A stretch of DNA of 45,622 nucleotides from Patescibacteria group bacterium (GTDB lineage Bacteria > Patescibacteriota > Patescibacteriia > Patescibacteriales > UBA12465). Where the stretch lies: contig JARRBY010000002.1 in assembly GCA_029982795.1 (NCBI GenBank), positions 1 through 45,622 on the forward strand, read 5' to 3'. Position numbers and translations under genes: made by a program. This document shows, piece after piece, positions 43,742 to 45,622 of the stretch (position 1 is its first letter; every line of letters begins with the position of its first letter). The notes beneath the pieces are model-generated. The model saw only the letters and a program-made list of their open reading frames with translations, made no database searches and was not told the DNA's origin.

Positions 43742-45622
43742 TTATTTAATACGACCCGAGTTCGTTAAAGCGGCAATATCATCGTCTTCCAATTTAGTTG
43801 TTTTTGGACTCGCCTTTGATTCTATCTTTTCTCGAGTTACGGTGTCAATCGCACTCGCCTGGGCGCCGGAAGATAAAACCAAAATTTTATCTCTGTCACT
43901 CTCCTGTGGTTCAAGCGCGATAGTAAAAGAAGCGCTTGTTAAACCCACTGAAGCTGGCAGTCGTCCTAATTCCCAAATAATTTCCCGACTGCCATCATCA
44001 AAATACAAATCACCAACTGCAACCGAATCTGTTTTTACATAATTTATATAATCCGGCAACACCAAACTAACTCTAGTATCTCGTAATTCATGTAAATTAT
44101 TAGCTAACTTCCAATAAACACGAAAAGAAGAAACTGATCCCACTTCCGGCGGCAAAGGTCCGGAACCAACCGGCATATTATTTTCATCAAAATATCTGAT
44201 TTCTTCATTTAAGGTGAGATTACTATTTAAAGGGCTGATAATTATATTACTACGTTGCTCCTCGTCACTATTTTCATTAGCACCGTATTGTGAGTATACC
44301 CTTACTTGAGCATTTGCCGGATTTAACATTTCTTCATAATCTTTAATCTTTACCGAAAAATTTATCTCTCCCTCATCTCCCGGCTTAATTTCCTTTAAAC
44401 CGGCAATATTTTGTTCATTCCAAATAATTTGATTGGAACGAATATCACCCGGGACTGATAAATCAAGACTGCTTAAATCAAATAATTCCCCCTCTAAGAC
44501 AACCGTAATAACTGCATTTTTATAAGCACTTTCCCCTCGGTTTGTATAATTTAAAGTATAATTTAATATATCGCCAAAATTAACAGCCTGATCTGTTTTT
44601 TCGCCATTTAAAAACAAACTCAAATTTAGATCACTTTTAACCGCCTCAATTTCTAAAAATTGGGAATAAAAAATATACGAAGTATCAGCTATTTTGTGTT
44701 TTAAAGTTAAAGGCAGACCAATATTACCTTCGCCATTACTTACTTTATACTTAAATTCTATTTTTTTATCTCCTAAAAGAGGTAAATTAATTAAAAAAAT
44801 ATTATCCGTCTGTTTTATTACAGCCTCACCGTAATCATTAGTGTCTGACAAATTAATTCCCGCTCCCTCAGGAGGGGCAAACTCCAAAATTACTTCTGAT
44901 AAATATCCCCTCTTTTCTTGCGGTGAAAAACTTAACGTAATATCACTGGTTTGACCAACAAAAACTAAATCAGGATAATTAAGATTAACTTCAAAGCCAA
45001 AACCTGATATTACCGTCGCCGCTGAACTTTCCTTTTTAAATTCACTTGAAAAATTACCTGGCACATAATGCAAAACGGCGTTAATAACATTAACTGAATC
45101 AGTATTTCCAATTAAAGTTCCTTTTACAACAAGTTGCGCTTCTTCTCCCGCTTGTAACGACACTAAATTAAAACTATTATTAAAATTACTTGGCTCCACC
45201 GACGCATTTGAAAAGATAAAATTATCCGGATAATTTAATTCCAACTTAATTTGGGAAATAGGAAACTTGGTGGGATTTTCATAGATTATGATATAGGAAA
45301 ATTCCTCTCCTGACATAACTTGTTCCGGCGCCTTTATTTCTAAACGAACCGCTTCAACATCACTATCACCGGAAAAAAAGAAGGCATAAGCTAAATAAGC
45401 CAACAACAAAATAATTGTTAGAAATAAAATTTTTCTAAATAGACGAATAAACCAAATCCGTCTTTTCTTTATTTTCATCTTTTTTACATCTACCAAGCCC
45501 CCCTTTTTATCTTTATAAATCTCAGATAAATTAGCATCTATTTCTTGATGACGAGCTTCTTTTTCAATTACTTCTTCAAAATTTGATACTTCATTATTAG
45601 TCGGTACCGGCCTTTTAATAAA
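43742..45622 (-). CDS. Membrane-anchored surface protein with repeated DUF11/CARDB-like beta-sandwich modules; 5'-partial
   Basis: The frame stays open for all 42 codons from the track's TTG (45496) to the window edge (45622), so the true start is probably outside. TM FLTIILLLAYLAYAFFF, then repeated modules such as GDILNYTLNYTNRGESAYKNAVITVVLEGE. Confidence 0.75.
   Translation of the reverse strand, partial: FIKRPVPTNNEVSNFEEVIEKEARHQEIDANLSEIYKDKKGGLVDVKKMKIKKRRIWFIRLFRKILFLTIILLLAYLAYAFFFSGDSDVEAVRLEIKAPEQVMSGEEFSYIIIYENPTKFPISQIKLELNYPDNFIFSNASVEPSNFNNSFNLVSLQAGEEAQLVVKGTLIGNTDSVNVINAVLHYVPGNFSSEFKKESSAATVISGFGFEVNLNYPDLVFVGQTSDITLSFSPQEKRGYLSEVILEFAPPEGAGINLSDTNDYGEAVIKQTDNIFLINLPLLGDKKIEFKYKVSNGEGNIGLPLTLKHKIADTSYIFYSQFLEIEAVKSDLNLSLFLNGEKTDQAVNFGDILNYTLNYTNRGESAYKNAVITVVLEGELFDLSSLDLSVPGDIRSNQIIWNEQNIAGLKEIKPGDEGEINFSVKIKDYEEMLNPANAQVRVYSQYGANENSDEEQRSNIIISPLNSNLTLNEEIRYFDENNMPVGSGPLPPEVGSVSSFRVYWKLANNLHELRDTRVSLVLPDYINYVKTDSVAVGDLYFDDGSREIIWELGRLPASVGLTSASFTIALEPQESDRDKILVLSSGAQASAIDTVTREKIESKASPKTTKLEDDDIAALTNSGRIK

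Noticed and set aside
43599-44042. 147-aa plus-strand ORF spanning the tgt / surface-protein junction
   Set aside because: It is antisense to two well-supported genes and crosses their intergenic gap. It is Ser/Leu-rich shadow-frame sequence with no upstream promoter-like element.
1-45622. Alternative genetic code (UGA recoded, as in some CPR lineages or Mollicutes), prompted by seeing RF1 but no RF2
   Set aside because: TGA cleanly terminates several conserved genes at the expected lengths (dnaE, mnmA, rlmH, rlmN, wzx and the 446-aa gene), and no conserved gene needs in-frame TGA read-through. RF2 is presumably encoded elsewhere.
1-45622. CRISPR arrays, transposases, integrases, prophage genes, toxin-antitoxin or known defence systems
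   Set aside because: No direct-repeat/spacer architecture is present and no ORF has recombinase, nuclease, RT or defence-type motifs. The tRNA genes are not flanked by integrase-like genes.

Overview
AT-rich, very compact bacterial chromosome segment: 43 CDS, 2 tRNAs and RNase P RNA. About 90% of genes are on the minus strand, intergenic gaps are tiny, and there are several 4-17 nt start/stop overlaps. TGA is used as an ordinary stop, so the genetic code is standard. From divergent housekeeping proteins, domain-trimmed enzymes and many membrane-anchored hypotheticals, I infer a reduced-genome lineage such as Patescibacteria/CPR. This is inference, with no marker search done. Most content is housekeeping: lysS, greA, rpmE-prfA-prmC, L25, a SEDS protein, class I aldolase, dnaE, parAB, mnmA, rnpB, rpsB-tsf-ricT, rlmH, rlmN, sodB, eno, pyk and tgt. 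Accessory content is two separated halves of a Wzx/Wzy-type glycan pathway (2.2-7.4 kb and 22.6-26.3 kb). There are also several secreted or surface proteins. I found no CRISPR array, transposase, integrase or recognisable defence system. The best candidate for something new is a terminator-bounded two-gene module at 26.8-31.0 kb. It encodes a membrane-anchored HEAT-like protein plus a 1103-aa secreted protein with a permuted papain-like (YiiX/C92-like) domain, a lamin-tail domain, an acidic tandem repeat and two LamG-like lectin domains. Other oddities are a tgt lacking the Zn-binding CxCxxC motif, a pyruvate kinase without its C-terminal domain, and PrmC with NLPY instead of NPPY. A SEDS glycosyltransferase is coupled to a non-PBP bitopic protein, and Shine-Dalgarno motifs are almost absent. 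All calls rest on reading the sequence and remembered family motifs; no searches were run.
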